From positions 1-64,000 of the forward strand of contig CAZNUA010000010.1 in assembly GCA_964576115.1 (NCBI GenBank): a stretch of 64,000 nucleotides of DNA. The letters run 5' to 3'. The translations under genes and the position numbers were made by a program. Source of the DNA: an uncultured Gemmatimonadota bacterium. Its GTDB lineage: Bacteria > Blakebacterota > Blakebacteria > Blakebacterales > Blakebacteraceae. The notes under the pieces were generated by a model. That model saw only the letters and a list, made by a program, of their open reading frames with translations. It ran no database searches and was not told where the DNA came from. Below, piece by piece: positions 28,993 to 37,888 of the stretch; the stretch's first letter is position 1; every line of letters starts with the position of its first letter.

Positions 28993-29784
28993 TCAGAGGG
29001 CGGGGGGGGTGATGAGTTCCAGGCGCAGGTCGCGCCCGGTGACTTCCTGAGCCACAACGATCCGGGTGGCGTCATCGATCCAGTAGGTCACCCGATCGGT
29101 GAAACCGCGCACCTCCACGCGCCAGGTCGAGAACCGGCCGGCCGGGGTGGTGACGGTTTCGGATCCCCGCACGTCGATCGTCACCCCGATAGTCTCGTGA
29201 AAGGTCGTGGGTTCGAAGAGCTCGAGGCGCCAGGCCCGGTTGCGTTCCAGGGGCAGGGCGCCGATGATGAGGTCGAGGGCCTGGTTGTCGAAGACGGCCG
29301 GTGCCAGGAGGCGGTCGATCTCGAGCGGAGCGCGGGCTCCACTCAGACGCGCCCAGGCCACCTCTCCGGTCACCCGGAGCGAATCGGCCGTCGGTTCGTA
29401 TTGCAGCCGGGCGGTCGTCGAGCCTTCGCCGGTTTCGTAGATGAAGGTGCTCGAGCGCACCGGCCGCAGCGATGAAGCCGTCATCACCACGCGCCCCCGC
29501 TGGATGAACGTGCCGGTCAGATCGCTCTCCGAGGTGATGGTCTCTTCACTGCGCCGGACCGTACTGGTGAGTTCGCCGGTCGCCGAACCGCCTGTGAGGA
29601 CGCGATACGACCACCGTCCGGTCGGCAGAAGCCCGGTCTCGAGCGGAAGCCGGTCGGCCTGTATTCCCCGGACAGAGGCGGGCGTGAACCCCGGATCGGG
29701 GGGTTGTACCGGGGCGGGGGCCAGTCCCAGGAGGGGGATGAGTCCCGGGATGAGGAATCTCTCGATCACCTTTTTACTGAACAC
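28993..29784 (-). CDS. Exported hypothetical protein (DUF3108-like)
   Basis: Signal peptide; V.GSETVTTPAGRFSTWRVE..YWID pattern. Confidence 0.6.
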   Translation of the reverse strand: MFSKKVIERFLIPGLIPLLGLAPAPVQPPDPGFTPASVRGIQADRLPLETGLLPTGRWSYRVLTGGSATGELTSTVRRSEETITSESDLTGTFIQRGRVVMTASSLRPVRSSTFIYETGEGSTTARLQYEPTADSLRVTGEVAWARLSGARAPLEIDRLLAPAVFDNQALDLIIGALPLERNRAWRLELFEPTTFHETIGVTIDVRGSETVTTPAGRFSTWRVEVRGFTDRVTYWIDDATRIVVAQEVTGRDLRLELITPPAL

Positions 29785-29870
29785 GGTCTTCTTTCGGCAT
29801 AAGTTATGGGGGCTCCTCGACGTCTAACGTGTGAAAGCCGTCGAATCAAGCATGAAAGGCGTACTCTGTC

Positions 29871-30281
29871 ATGCGTCTGGATATCATAGAGCGCAAGGCC
29901 CTGCGGGCGGTAGTCGTTACCCTTGGTGTCATTGTCGTGGCAGCGGTGGGTCTCGCTCTGTACAGCCGGTACCAGGTTTATACTGAACAAAAAGAGCTCG
30001 AGGAACGTCGTCAATATGAAGAAAGGCTGGCCCAGGCCATGGAGCAGGAACTGCTGGTCGAGGGGATGACCCGGGGGATGGTACGGGTCACCCTCGGACC
30101 ACCCGACTCCACCAGCGGGCTGGGTGAACTGGTCGAAACGTGGTATTATGCCGACACCAAGGAATACGATGAGGTCCTTCTGCGTTTCGAACGCGATCGC
30201 CTCACCGAGATCGAGAAACTGGGCAGTACTGTTGCCCTGCCGCCCCCCGAACGGCAGCCTGACGGCCGCCGGAGGCCGTAG
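29871..30281 (+). CDS. Membrane-anchored protein with SmpA/BamE-like domain
   Basis: TM, short coiled coil, GMT...VRVTLGPPD...ETWYY...LRFE.DRL. Confidence 0.55.
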   Translation: MRLDIIERKALRAVVVTLGVIVVAAVGLALYSRYQVYTEQKELEERRQYEERLAQAMEQELLVEGMTRGMVRVTLGPPDSTSGLGELVETWYYADTKEYDEVLLRFERDRLTEIEKLGSTVALPPPERQPDGRRRP

Positions 30282-30311
30282 GCGGGGGACGCCCCTGGCA
30301 GAGGAGTCTTC

Positions 30312-31010
30312 ATGTCGATCCGTCGCATCTTGATCAGTGCCGCCGTTGCGGCCCTGGCTCTGACAGTCAGCACTTCCCCTGTTCTGGCGCAATTCACCCC
30401 CCGCTTCAGTCAGCAGAGCCGACGGGAACCGGGTCAGATCCATGTCGGTCTGGGAACCAACGTTCTCAACCTGGGTGACTACACCAGCGAGCCCTGGCCC
30501 CAGCTCGAGGCCGGGATCGGTCTGGTGCATGCCCGCCTGGGCGGGATGATACCGTTGAGTGGTGAGAAATGGTTCGTGTTGGCCGAGGTCGAGGCTCAAC
30601 TCGGCAAAACCACCGGGGAGTTCATGCCCCCCTACAATCCGACGGCCCGCTACGAGATCGGAGAGATCAAGCAGCACGGCTTTTCGATCATGGCCAGCCT
30701 GACCCGGGCCACCAGCGGACGGCGTTCACTCTACGGCGCCGGGATCGGCTATTACCTCATCTCGCACGATCCGCTGGCTCCGGCCGATATGCAGACCGCC
30801 GGCGATACTTTCCTGCGCGATCCCTTTGTGCACCTCGGCATGGGCCTGCAGGGCTTTTATTCCCGGACGATCGGACGCTTCAACGACACCACCGTCCTGA
30901 TGATCGAGGGCCGATACAAACTGGCGCTGATGGGCGGGAACATTCCCGGCTCCAACCGGAAGATCCTGATGAGCGAGTTCCAGCTCACGTTTTTCGTCGC
31001 CGCCAAATAG
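30312..31010 (+). CDS. Exported hypothetical protein, probable small outer-membrane beta-barrel
   Basis: Signal peptide (VLA-Q), alternating beta-strands (YGAGIGYY, IEGRYK, FQLTFF). Confidence 0.55.
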   Translation: MSIRRILISAAVAALALTVSTSPVLAQFTPRFSQQSRREPGQIHVGLGTNVLNLGDYTSEPWPQLEAGIGLVHARLGGMIPLSGEKWFVLAEVEAQLGKTTGEFMPPYNPTARYEIGEIKQHGFSIMASLTRATSGRRSLYGAGIGYYLISHDPLAPADMQTAGDTFLRDPFVHLGMGLQGFYSRTIGRFNDTTVLMIEGRYKLALMGGNIPGSNRKILMSEFQLTFFVAAK

Positions 31011-31017
31011 GAGGGGT

Positions 31018-31509
31018 ATGTTCAGCTGGAGCCGTTGTCTGCCCCTCCTCATCCTTTTCCTCCTCGCAGGGGGGTGCGGGTACGGCCTGGCTCCGGTTGG
31101 ACCGAATACGACCGGTCTGACGGGGCAGGTGAGACTGGTGGGGGCCTGGCCGGAGGATACCGGTGTCGTGGCCGTGGCCCTGTTCCGCGCCGAACCCGTC
31201 TCCAATCAAAGCGAGTTCCCCGTCGTTTTCACCGAAGCGCCGGCTTTCGGTGATTCCAGTTTCACCTACACCTGGACCCTTCAGCCCGGTTCCTACGGAT
31301 ATCTCGTCGTGGCCTGGATGCGCGAGGGGAACTATCTCTTCGATCTCGCTTCCTGGATCCAGATCGGGTACTACCCCGATCCCGCCGATCCCTCCGAGCC
31401 CGGTCCGGTACTGATTACTCCCGGAATTCTCCGCCACCTCGACCTGAGGGCTGATTTTTCGCTCGTGCCGCCGCCCTCCGGCGGAACCCGCAGGGGGGGG
31501 CGGGAGTGA
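31018..31509 (+). CDS. Hypothetical lipoprotein
   Basis: AGGAGG RBS; LLILFLLAGGC lipobox; beta-rich mature part. Confidence 0.65.
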   Translation: MFSWSRCLPLLILFLLAGGCGYGLAPVGPNTTGLTGQVRLVGAWPEDTGVVAVALFRAEPVSNQSEFPVVFTEAPAFGDSSFTYTWTLQPGSYGYLVVAWMREGNYLFDLASWIQIGYYPDPADPSEPGPVLITPGILRHLDLRADFSLVPPPSGGTRRGGRE

Positions 31510-33638
31510 AATCCCTGCTGGTCGTCCTGCTGCTCTCCATGCCGCCTGCCACGGAGCAGGAAGTGACCGGAACAGTGCTGGGAACGGTGACCGAAGCGGG
31601 AACCGGCGCCCCCCTGGCGGCCGCCAATATCGGCGTCGTTGGCACCGTTATCGGGACCATGTCAGATGCCCGCGGTGAGTACCGCCTGCTGAACGTGCCG
31701 GCCGGTCGCCGGGAGGTGAGCTTCTCGGTCGTGGGGTACGCGGTCGAGATCAGGGAAGTGGACGTGCCCGAGGGAGGGATGGTCCGGCTCGATATCGAGC
31801 TCGAACCCACCCCCCTGCCACTGCCCGACGTTGTCATCACCGCCGCCCGCAGCCAGCAGCGGGTCGAAGAGGCGGCCTCCTCGGTGGCGGTTCTCGATGC
31901 CGCGACCCTCCGCACCCGGGCGGCTCCCCGTCTCGATGCGGTTCTCTCGCTCGTGCCCGGGGTGACGATGATCGACGACCAGCTCGGAATCCGCGGCTCG
32001 ACCGGATACAACCGCGGCGCCGGGGGGCGGGTGCTGGTTCTGCTCGACGGCGTGCCGGCGCTGGGGGGCGATACCGGTAACGTCCGTTGGGATACCCTCC
32101 CCGCGGAGACGATTCAGCGGGTCGAGGTCGTCAAGGGAGCCGCCAGCGCTCTCTACGGCTCCTCGGCCATGGGCGGGGTCGTCAACGTCATCACCCGTTC
32201 GGCCCATGCCGGTCCAGCCGCCTATGCCCGCTTCCGGCTGGGGACGTGGGATGAGCCGCACTACGACGAATACCGCTGGCGGTCCGGAGGCGGCTTGACC
32301 CGGGCCCTGGAGGGAACCCTCATCCGTGCGCTGGGTGACCTCGGGATGATGGTTTCAGGGGGATACGAGTATACCGACGGCTTCCGCGAGAACGGGTGGT
32401 CCCGCTACCTTCACGGCCTGGTCAAGCTCGAAGGCCCCCAGGGGGGGCGAGACCGGTGGAATCTGACCGCGACCCTGGCCCGGCAGGACCGGGGTCACTT
32501 CATCGAATGGCGCGACTACAACGATCCCTACCAGGTATCCGCCCTGCAGCGGGGGGACTGGATCCGGTCCGACAAGATCATGGTGACCTCGAGCTGGCGG
32601 CGGCTGCTGGGGCGGGGGGCCTACCTGCAGCTCCAGCCGCATCTCTTTACTGTCCGCTGGCGGCAGTACTTTCGCGACAACGATGACTCGGCTGTCATCA
32701 CCCGAGCCGCTCTCGACGCCCACGCCGTCGCTGCTTCTTCTCTCGGCACCCTCACTCTGGGCGGGATGGGAGGCACGGTCGGGGTCGACGGCAGCCCGTA
32801 CGGTACCCCGACCGTGACCGAAGCCGCTCTCTACCTGCAGGACGAAATCGAAGTGGGTCCCCGGATCCGTTTCAGCGCCGGCGGCCGGCTCGACCTGCAT
32901 ACCACCTCCGCCACCGCAACCCGGAGCGTGTTCAGTCCCAAGGTCGCCCTGGTTGTCACGCCGTCGCCCGCCGGCACTCTGCGTCTGACGGCGGGACGGG
33001 GTTTCCGGGCGCCAAGCGTGGCCGAAATGTTCATTTCGATGGCCACCGGCGGTTTTACCGTCATCCCCAACCCGGCGCTCGAGCCCGAGAGCGTCTGGGG
33101 GGCCGAAATCGGGGGCAGCTGGTCCCCTCTGCCGCTCATCCGCCTCGAAGCGTCCCTGTTCCGCAACCGCTACACCTCGATGATCGAAGGGGTGGCGACC
33201 GGTACCGGCGAGATCCAGTTCCGGAACGTGCGTGCCGCCCGCCTGCAGGGGGCCGAACTGAGCCTGATGGCGGCAGTACCGCAGGGGTGGTTGCAGGGTC
33301 GGTTCACCTACCTCTGGCTTTCGGCGCGCGATATCGGCAACTCGGAACCGCTGGCCTACCGGCGCCCGCGCCGGGGGAGCGGAACGATCGAGGTGCGGGG
33401 AGGCGCGTGGCGTCTGGCGACCGACCTGATCTACGGTGCCCCGGTCTCCCGGCTCGGCGTCTACCCCTTCGACCGGCGCCTTCCCCGCTACCGTCTCGAC
33501 GCCCGGGTGAGCCGCGCCGTCGGAAGCCTGCGCCTCACTCTGCACGGACACAACCTGACCAACTATGCCGTGACCGAGATCGAGCGCAATCTGACCGCCC
33601 CCCGGGAGTGGCTGCTCTCGATCGAGTGGTCGAAGTAG
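31506..33638 (+). CDS. TonB-dependent receptor with N-terminal carboxypeptidase-regulatory-like domain
   Basis: GTVTEAGTGAPL..ANI, VVITAAR, IRGS, RVEVVKGAASALYGS.AMGGVVNVIT, GFRAPS..E, L.PES. Confidence 0.92.
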   Translation: MKSLLVVLLLSMPPATEQEVTGTVLGTVTEAGTGAPLAAANIGVVGTVIGTMSDARGEYRLLNVPAGRREVSFSVVGYAVEIREVDVPEGGMVRLDIELEPTPLPLPDVVITAARSQQRVEEAASSVAVLDAATLRTRAAPRLDAVLSLVPGVTMIDDQLGIRGSTGYNRGAGGRVLVLLDGVPALGGDTGNVRWDTLPAETIQRVEVVKGAASALYGSSAMGGVVNVITRSAHAGPAAYARFRLGTWDEPHYDEYRWRSGGGLTRALEGTLIRALGDLGMMVSGGYEYTDGFRENGWSRYLHGLVKLEGPQGGRDRWNLTATLARQDRGHFIEWRDYNDPYQVSALQRGDWIRSDKIMVTSSWRRLLGRGAYLQLQPHLFTVRWRQYFRDNDDSAVITRAALDAHAVAASSLGTLTLGGMGGTVGVDGSPYGTPTVTEAALYLQDEIEVGPRIRFSAGGRLDLHTTSATATRSVFSPKVALVVTPSPAGTLRLTAGRGFRAPSVAEMFISMATGGFTVIPNPALEPESVWGAEIGGSWSPLPLIRLEASLFRNRYTSMIEGVATGTGEIQFRNVRAARLQGAELSLMAAVPQGWLQGRFTYLWLSARDIGNSEPLAYRRPRRGSGTIEVRGGAWRLATDLIYGAPVSRLGVYPFDRRLPRYRLDARVSRAVGSLRLTLHGHNLTNYAVTEIERNLTAPREWLLSIEWSK

Positions 33639-33737
33639 TCCCATCCCGTCTCCCCGACCTTCCCCCCACGCCCCCCACAGCCTCCCGATCGTGTCGGTGA
33701 ATCCGCTCCCCGGCCGCCCCCCACCGGAGGTCATTCC

Positions 33738-34394
33738 GTGCCTGCACGACCCGCCCGTCCCCGCCCCCGTTGCCGGCGCTCTCTCCGGGCTGCGTTCCTG
33801 CTGTTCGCTCTGTCGTTGACAGGGACCTGTTCACTCCCCACCCGTCCGGCCGGTATCCGGGTTGAGGTCGTCCGTGTCATCGACGGCGATACCGTGGTCC
33901 TGACCGATGACCGGCGGGTACGTCTGCTCGGGCTCGACGCTCCCGAATTGGCCTCGGGCGGTTCGGGAGCCCAGTGCTTCGCCTCCGAGTCGGCGGCCTT
34001 CCTGACCCTGACTATCGCCCGCTGCGAAGGCCGGGTCCGACTGGAAACCGACCGGGTGGCATGCGACCGCTACGGCCGCACCCTGGCCTATCTCTGGGAT
34101 GAGCGGGGAAACATGCTGAACGAGGTCATTCTTCGGGAGGGGTATGCGGTTTTCATGCAGGGCGATGCCGAGCGTTGGGCCGAGCGCCTGGCGGCGGCCG
34201 AGGCCGAGGCCCGCGCCAACCGGCGCGGTCTCTGGCACCCCGAAGCCTGCGGGGGGTCGCCCAGGCAGGTCCGGCCGGGATTGGCGACAAGATCAGAACA
34301 GGTTTCCTACAGGACCGGCTTGCGACCCAGGCTGAGTCCGAGCTTCTCGGCCGTCACGGTCATGTGGCCGTTGGGTGGAATGGTCTTCAAATGA
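33738..34394 (+). CDS. Thermonuclease (SNase-like), exported
   Basis: VVRVIDGDT, VRLLGLDAPE, DRYGRTLAY, N...LREGYA, AR..RRGLW. Confidence 0.9.
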   Translation: MPARPARPRPRCRRSLRAAFLLFALSLTGTCSLPTRPAGIRVEVVRVIDGDTVVLTDDRRVRLLGLDAPELASGGSGAQCFASESAAFLTLTIARCEGRVRLETDRVACDRYGRTLAYLWDERGNMLNEVILREGYAVFMQGDAERWAERLAAAEAEARANRRGLWHPEACGGSPRQVRPGLATRSEQVSYRTGLRPRLSPSFSAVTVMWPLGGMVFK

Positions 34395-35410
34395 CCGGTG
34401 ACCTCACTCAGAGGTACGGCCACCATGTCGTTGCCGCGCACGCCCACCATGTGAGCCCGCAGCCCTTCCTGCAGGGCGGTCACCGCTTTGACCCCGAAAC
34501 GGGTGGCCAGGATCCGGTCGAAAGCGGTGGGTGAGCCGCCGCGCTGCAGGTGCCCCAGAACGGTACAGCGGGTCGACACATCGAGTTCGTCCTCGATCCG
34601 GGCCGCCACCCAGTCGCCGATTCCCCCCAGGCGTTCCTGGCCGCCGGTCTGATCACCGGTGGCTTTGATCATGTGGTTTCCTCCGACCGGCACCGCTCCT
34701 TCCCCCACCACGACCAGGCTGAAGAGCCGGCCGGTGACCATCCGGTCGCGGATCTTCTCGTACACGTATTCCAGGTCGAAGGGAATCTCGGGTATCAGGG
34801 CCGCATCCGCGCCGCCGGCGATGGCCGATTCCAGGGCGATCCAGCCGGCATAGCGGCCCATCATCTCGACCACCATGACCCGGTCGTGCGATTCGGCGGT
34901 GGTGTGGAGTTTGTCGAGCGCCTCGGTGGCGGTGGTCAGAGCGGTGTTGAAACCGAAGGTGTAATCGGTGCCGGGCAGATCGTTGTCGATTGTTTTCGGT
35001 ACCGCCATGATCGCCAGTCCTTCTTCGGCCAGTCGGGCCGCTACCGAAAGCGTTCCGTCGCCGCCGATACAGATGACGGCATCGATCCCCAGCCGGTCGG
35101 CGTTGCGCAGGATCTCGGTGTGCCGGTCGGCATAGGTGCGGTTGCCCTCTTCGTCCTGACCCGGCCAGCGGTAGGGATCGCCGCGGCTGCTCGAACGCAG
35201 GATCGTCCCTCCCTTGGGAAGGATCCCCTGCACGGCATCGGTGTCCAGCGGCTCGATCTGTACCGGATCCATCAGGCCCTCGAAACCCTGCTCGATCCCG
35301 ACTACCCGCCAGCGGTGGTACAGAATCGCGCTCTTGGTCACGGAGCGGATGACGGCATTGAGGCCGGGGGCGTCACCGCCGCCGGTGAGGATGCCGATGG
35401 TACGGAGCAT
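34307..35410 (-). CDS. pfkA: 6-phosphofructokinase (group III type, probably ATP-dependent)
   Basis: GGGDAPGLN, GGDGT, PKTIDND, EMMGRYAG, LGHLQRGG. Confidence 0.95.
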   Translation of the reverse strand: MLRTIGILTGGGDAPGLNAVIRSVTKSAILYHRWRVVGIEQGFEGLMDPVQIEPLDTDAVQGILPKGGTILRSSSRGDPYRWPGQDEEGNRTYADRHTEILRNADRLGIDAVICIGGDGTLSVAARLAEEGLAIMAVPKTIDNDLPGTDYTFGFNTALTTATEALDKLHTTAESHDRVMVVEMMGRYAGWIALESAIAGGADAALIPEIPFDLEYVYEKIRDRMVTGRLFSLVVVGEGAVPVGGNHMIKATGDQTGGQERLGGIGDWVAARIEDELDVSTRCTVLGHLQRGGSPTAFDRILATRFGVKAVTALQEGLRAHMVGVRGNDMVAVPLSEVTGHLKTIPPNGHMTVTAEKLGLSLGRKPVL

Positions 35411-35604
35411 GGCCGGTCTCCTCGATGTGAATGTCCCTATCCGCCTGACGGTACAGAGGCAGTGAGACTTTACGCTTGCGGCTCACAAACAGCGGTGTTA
35501 CGAAGTGCACCATACTTCACAGGTTCGTGTCCACCGGGAAACGTCGCCGGGGCGCGGTCCTGGTTCGGATCCAGGTTCACCGGCAGCAGGGGAGTGTCGT
35601 AGAA

Positions 35605-36930
35605 ATGACCGACGGGCAGGCAGCGCGGGAGAGCGGCAAGGGCGGGGGCGACAGATCTCTCTGGCGGCGGATCCGGGACATGAAGCTGCATACGCAGATT
35701 CTCATCGCTCTGATTGCCGGGGCGATTCTCGGCCCTCCGATGGGGGGAGTCGCCGTGGCGATCAAGCCCCTGGGCGATGCTTTCATCAACCTGCTCGTCA
35801 TGGTCGTGGTGCCCCTGATCATGGCGTCGCTCATCGTCGGTACGGCCAGCCTGGGAGATCTGCGCAAACTGGGCCGGATCGGGCTGAAAACGGTCGGTTT
35901 CTACCTGATCGCGACCGCCCTGGCGGTGGCTCTCGGACTGGGCGCCGCGCTCCTGCTCGGGCCGGGAACGGGAATGGATCCCGACACCCGGGACGGAATC
36001 GTGGAGCAGTACGCCTCCGAAGCCGGGGCCCGGGTCGAGAACGCCATCGCCCAGCGCGAAAAAACCTCGATCGGCGAGTTCATCGTCAGAATCATTCCGC
36101 GCAATCCCTTCAAGTCGATGGCCGATACCGATTTCCTGGGGATCATCTTCTTCGCCCTGCTCTTCGGGATCACCCTGACCATGCTGCCCGAAGAGCGCAA
36201 GAAACCGATCATGGCCGTGCTGGAATCGGTCAACGATGCCATGATCGTCATGGTCAAGCTGGTCATGAAGGTGGCCCCGATCGGGGTTTTCGCGCTGATC
36301 GCCGCCGTCTCGGCCCAGTTCGGCTACGAGGTCCTGCTGACCCTGCTCAAATATGTGGCCATCGCGATCGGCTGCATGGTCCTCTTCTCGATCCTGGTCT
36401 ATCCGGTCGCCCTGCGCCTGGCGGGCATGCCCCCGATGCTCTTCTTCAAGCGCTTCTATGAAGTGGCGATCTTCGCCTTCTCGACCTCGTCCTCCAACGC
36501 CACCCTGCCTCTGAACCTGCAGGTCACCGAGGAGGACCTGGGGGTTTCGAAGGATGTCGCCTCCTTCGTGCTCCCCCTGGGAGCGACCGTGAACATGAAC
36601 GGGACCGCCATCTACCAGGGGGTGAGTGTGGTCTTCATCGCCCAGGTGGCGGGCTGGAGCCTGACCCCGATGGATCTGCTGACGGTCGTCATCATGGCCA
36701 CCCTGGCCTCGATCGGAGCCGCCGGGGTGCCGGGCATCGGCATGGTCACCCTGACCCTGGTGCTGACCCAGCTCGGCATTCCCCTGGAGTGGATTGCCCT
36801 GGTGGTCGGGGTGGAACGGATCCTCGATATGACCCGGACGGCGGTCAACGTCACCGGCGACACCGTCTGCGCGGTGCTGGTGGCCCGCTCCGAGGGGGAA
36901 CTCGATATTCCGGCCCGAGAGGTGATCTGA
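35605..36930 (+). CDS. Dicarboxylate/amino acid:cation symporter (DAACS, GltP-like)
   Basis: AFSTSSSNATLP, FVLPLGATVNMNGT, RILDMTRTAVNVTGD. Confidence 0.93.
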   Translation: MTDGQAARESGKGGGDRSLWRRIRDMKLHTQILIALIAGAILGPPMGGVAVAIKPLGDAFINLLVMVVVPLIMASLIVGTASLGDLRKLGRIGLKTVGFYLIATALAVALGLGAALLLGPGTGMDPDTRDGIVEQYASEAGARVENAIAQREKTSIGEFIVRIIPRNPFKSMADTDFLGIIFFALLFGITLTMLPEERKKPIMAVLESVNDAMIVMVKLVMKVAPIGVFALIAAVSAQFGYEVLLTLLKYVAIAIGCMVLFSILVYPVALRLAGMPPMLFFKRFYEVAIFAFSTSSSNATLPLNLQVTEEDLGVSKDVASFVLPLGATVNMNGTAIYQGVSVVFIAQVAGWSLTPMDLLTVVIMATLASIGAAGVPGIGMVTLTLVLTQLGIPLEWIALVVGVERILDMTRTAVNVTGDTVCAVLVARSEGELDIPAREVI

Positions 36931-37061
36931 CTCTTTCTCGCCGGGCTGTAACAACATCCCTCCGGCTCTCGTCTATTAGGGTGATGAGCGTTCACCCGAT
37001 CAGATGCAGTCATGACTCCGGTCATCCGGAACCCGGCCACGGTACCCCCGCCGGCGGCACC

Positions 37062-37877
37062 GTGCGCCGGCTTTGCGCCGCGATTCTCTTCCTGGTTCTC
37101 CTGCCGGCCTGTGAAGGCAATCCCGTTGAGGTCGAGATCGAAACCCCCGCTGAGGGCGACACCACCATCCTCTTCATCGGCAATTCGCTGACCAGCTATT
37201 ACGGCCTGCCTTATCAGTTCGCCGCGCTGGCCGATTCACAGGGACGGAACGTCTGGGTGGAAGAGAGTACCAAGGAGGGGGCGACGCTGACCCAGTACCG
37301 GGAGTCCGCCAGTCTCGACGCCGGAATCGCCGCTCAGGACTGGGACTGGGTCGTGCTGCAGGATTCCAGCCCGTATATCGCCTTTCCCGAATATCACGAC
37401 TACTACTTCGAGACCTACATCGATCTGCAGCAGCGGATCGGACGCGAGAGCCCGGGCGCGGGGATCGTCATGTTCATGCTCTATGCCCTGGACGTGGAAA
37501 CCGTACAGGACACCGTTTGGGCTTTCGCCGACTTCCAGCCGTTGCTGCGCGAAGGCACGCTCGCCATCGCCGACAGTCTCGGTTTCCGCGTTGCCCCGGT
37601 CGGCTGGGCTTTCAGGGCCGTCCGGGCTCAACGGCCCGAGCTGCCACTCTACTACCTCGACGGCGTGCATCCTTCCCGGGAAGCCCAGTACCTGCAGGCG
37701 TGCGTGTACTACACTGCCATCTTCGGGGAAAGCCCCGAAGGGAGTCCCTTCACTGCCGGCCTGCCCGATTCGACGGTCACCTTCCTGCAGCGGGTGGCCG
37801 CCGAGGTCGTCCTGGGTGAGGCCGAAACCTGGAACCTGCCGCCGGGCCGACGTTCACCTCATACCCGCCCGGAGTAG
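37062..37877 (+). CDS. SGNH-hydrolase-like lipoprotein
   Basis: Lipobox LLPAC, LFIGNS, WDWVVLQ, APVG.AF, DGVHPS. Start uncertain (36984 or 37062). Confidence 0.72.
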   Translation: MRRLCAAILFLVLLPACEGNPVEVEIETPAEGDTTILFIGNSLTSYYGLPYQFAALADSQGRNVWVEESTKEGATLTQYRESASLDAGIAAQDWDWVVLQDSSPYIAFPEYHDYYFETYIDLQQRIGRESPGAGIVMFMLYALDVETVQDTVWAFADFQPLLREGTLAIADSLGFRVAPVGWAFRAVRAQRPELPLYYLDGVHPSREAQYLQACVYYTAIFGESPEGSPFTAGLPDSTVTFLQRVAAEVVLGEAETWNLPPGRRSPHTRPE

Positions 37878-37888
37878 CCGGACGGGCG

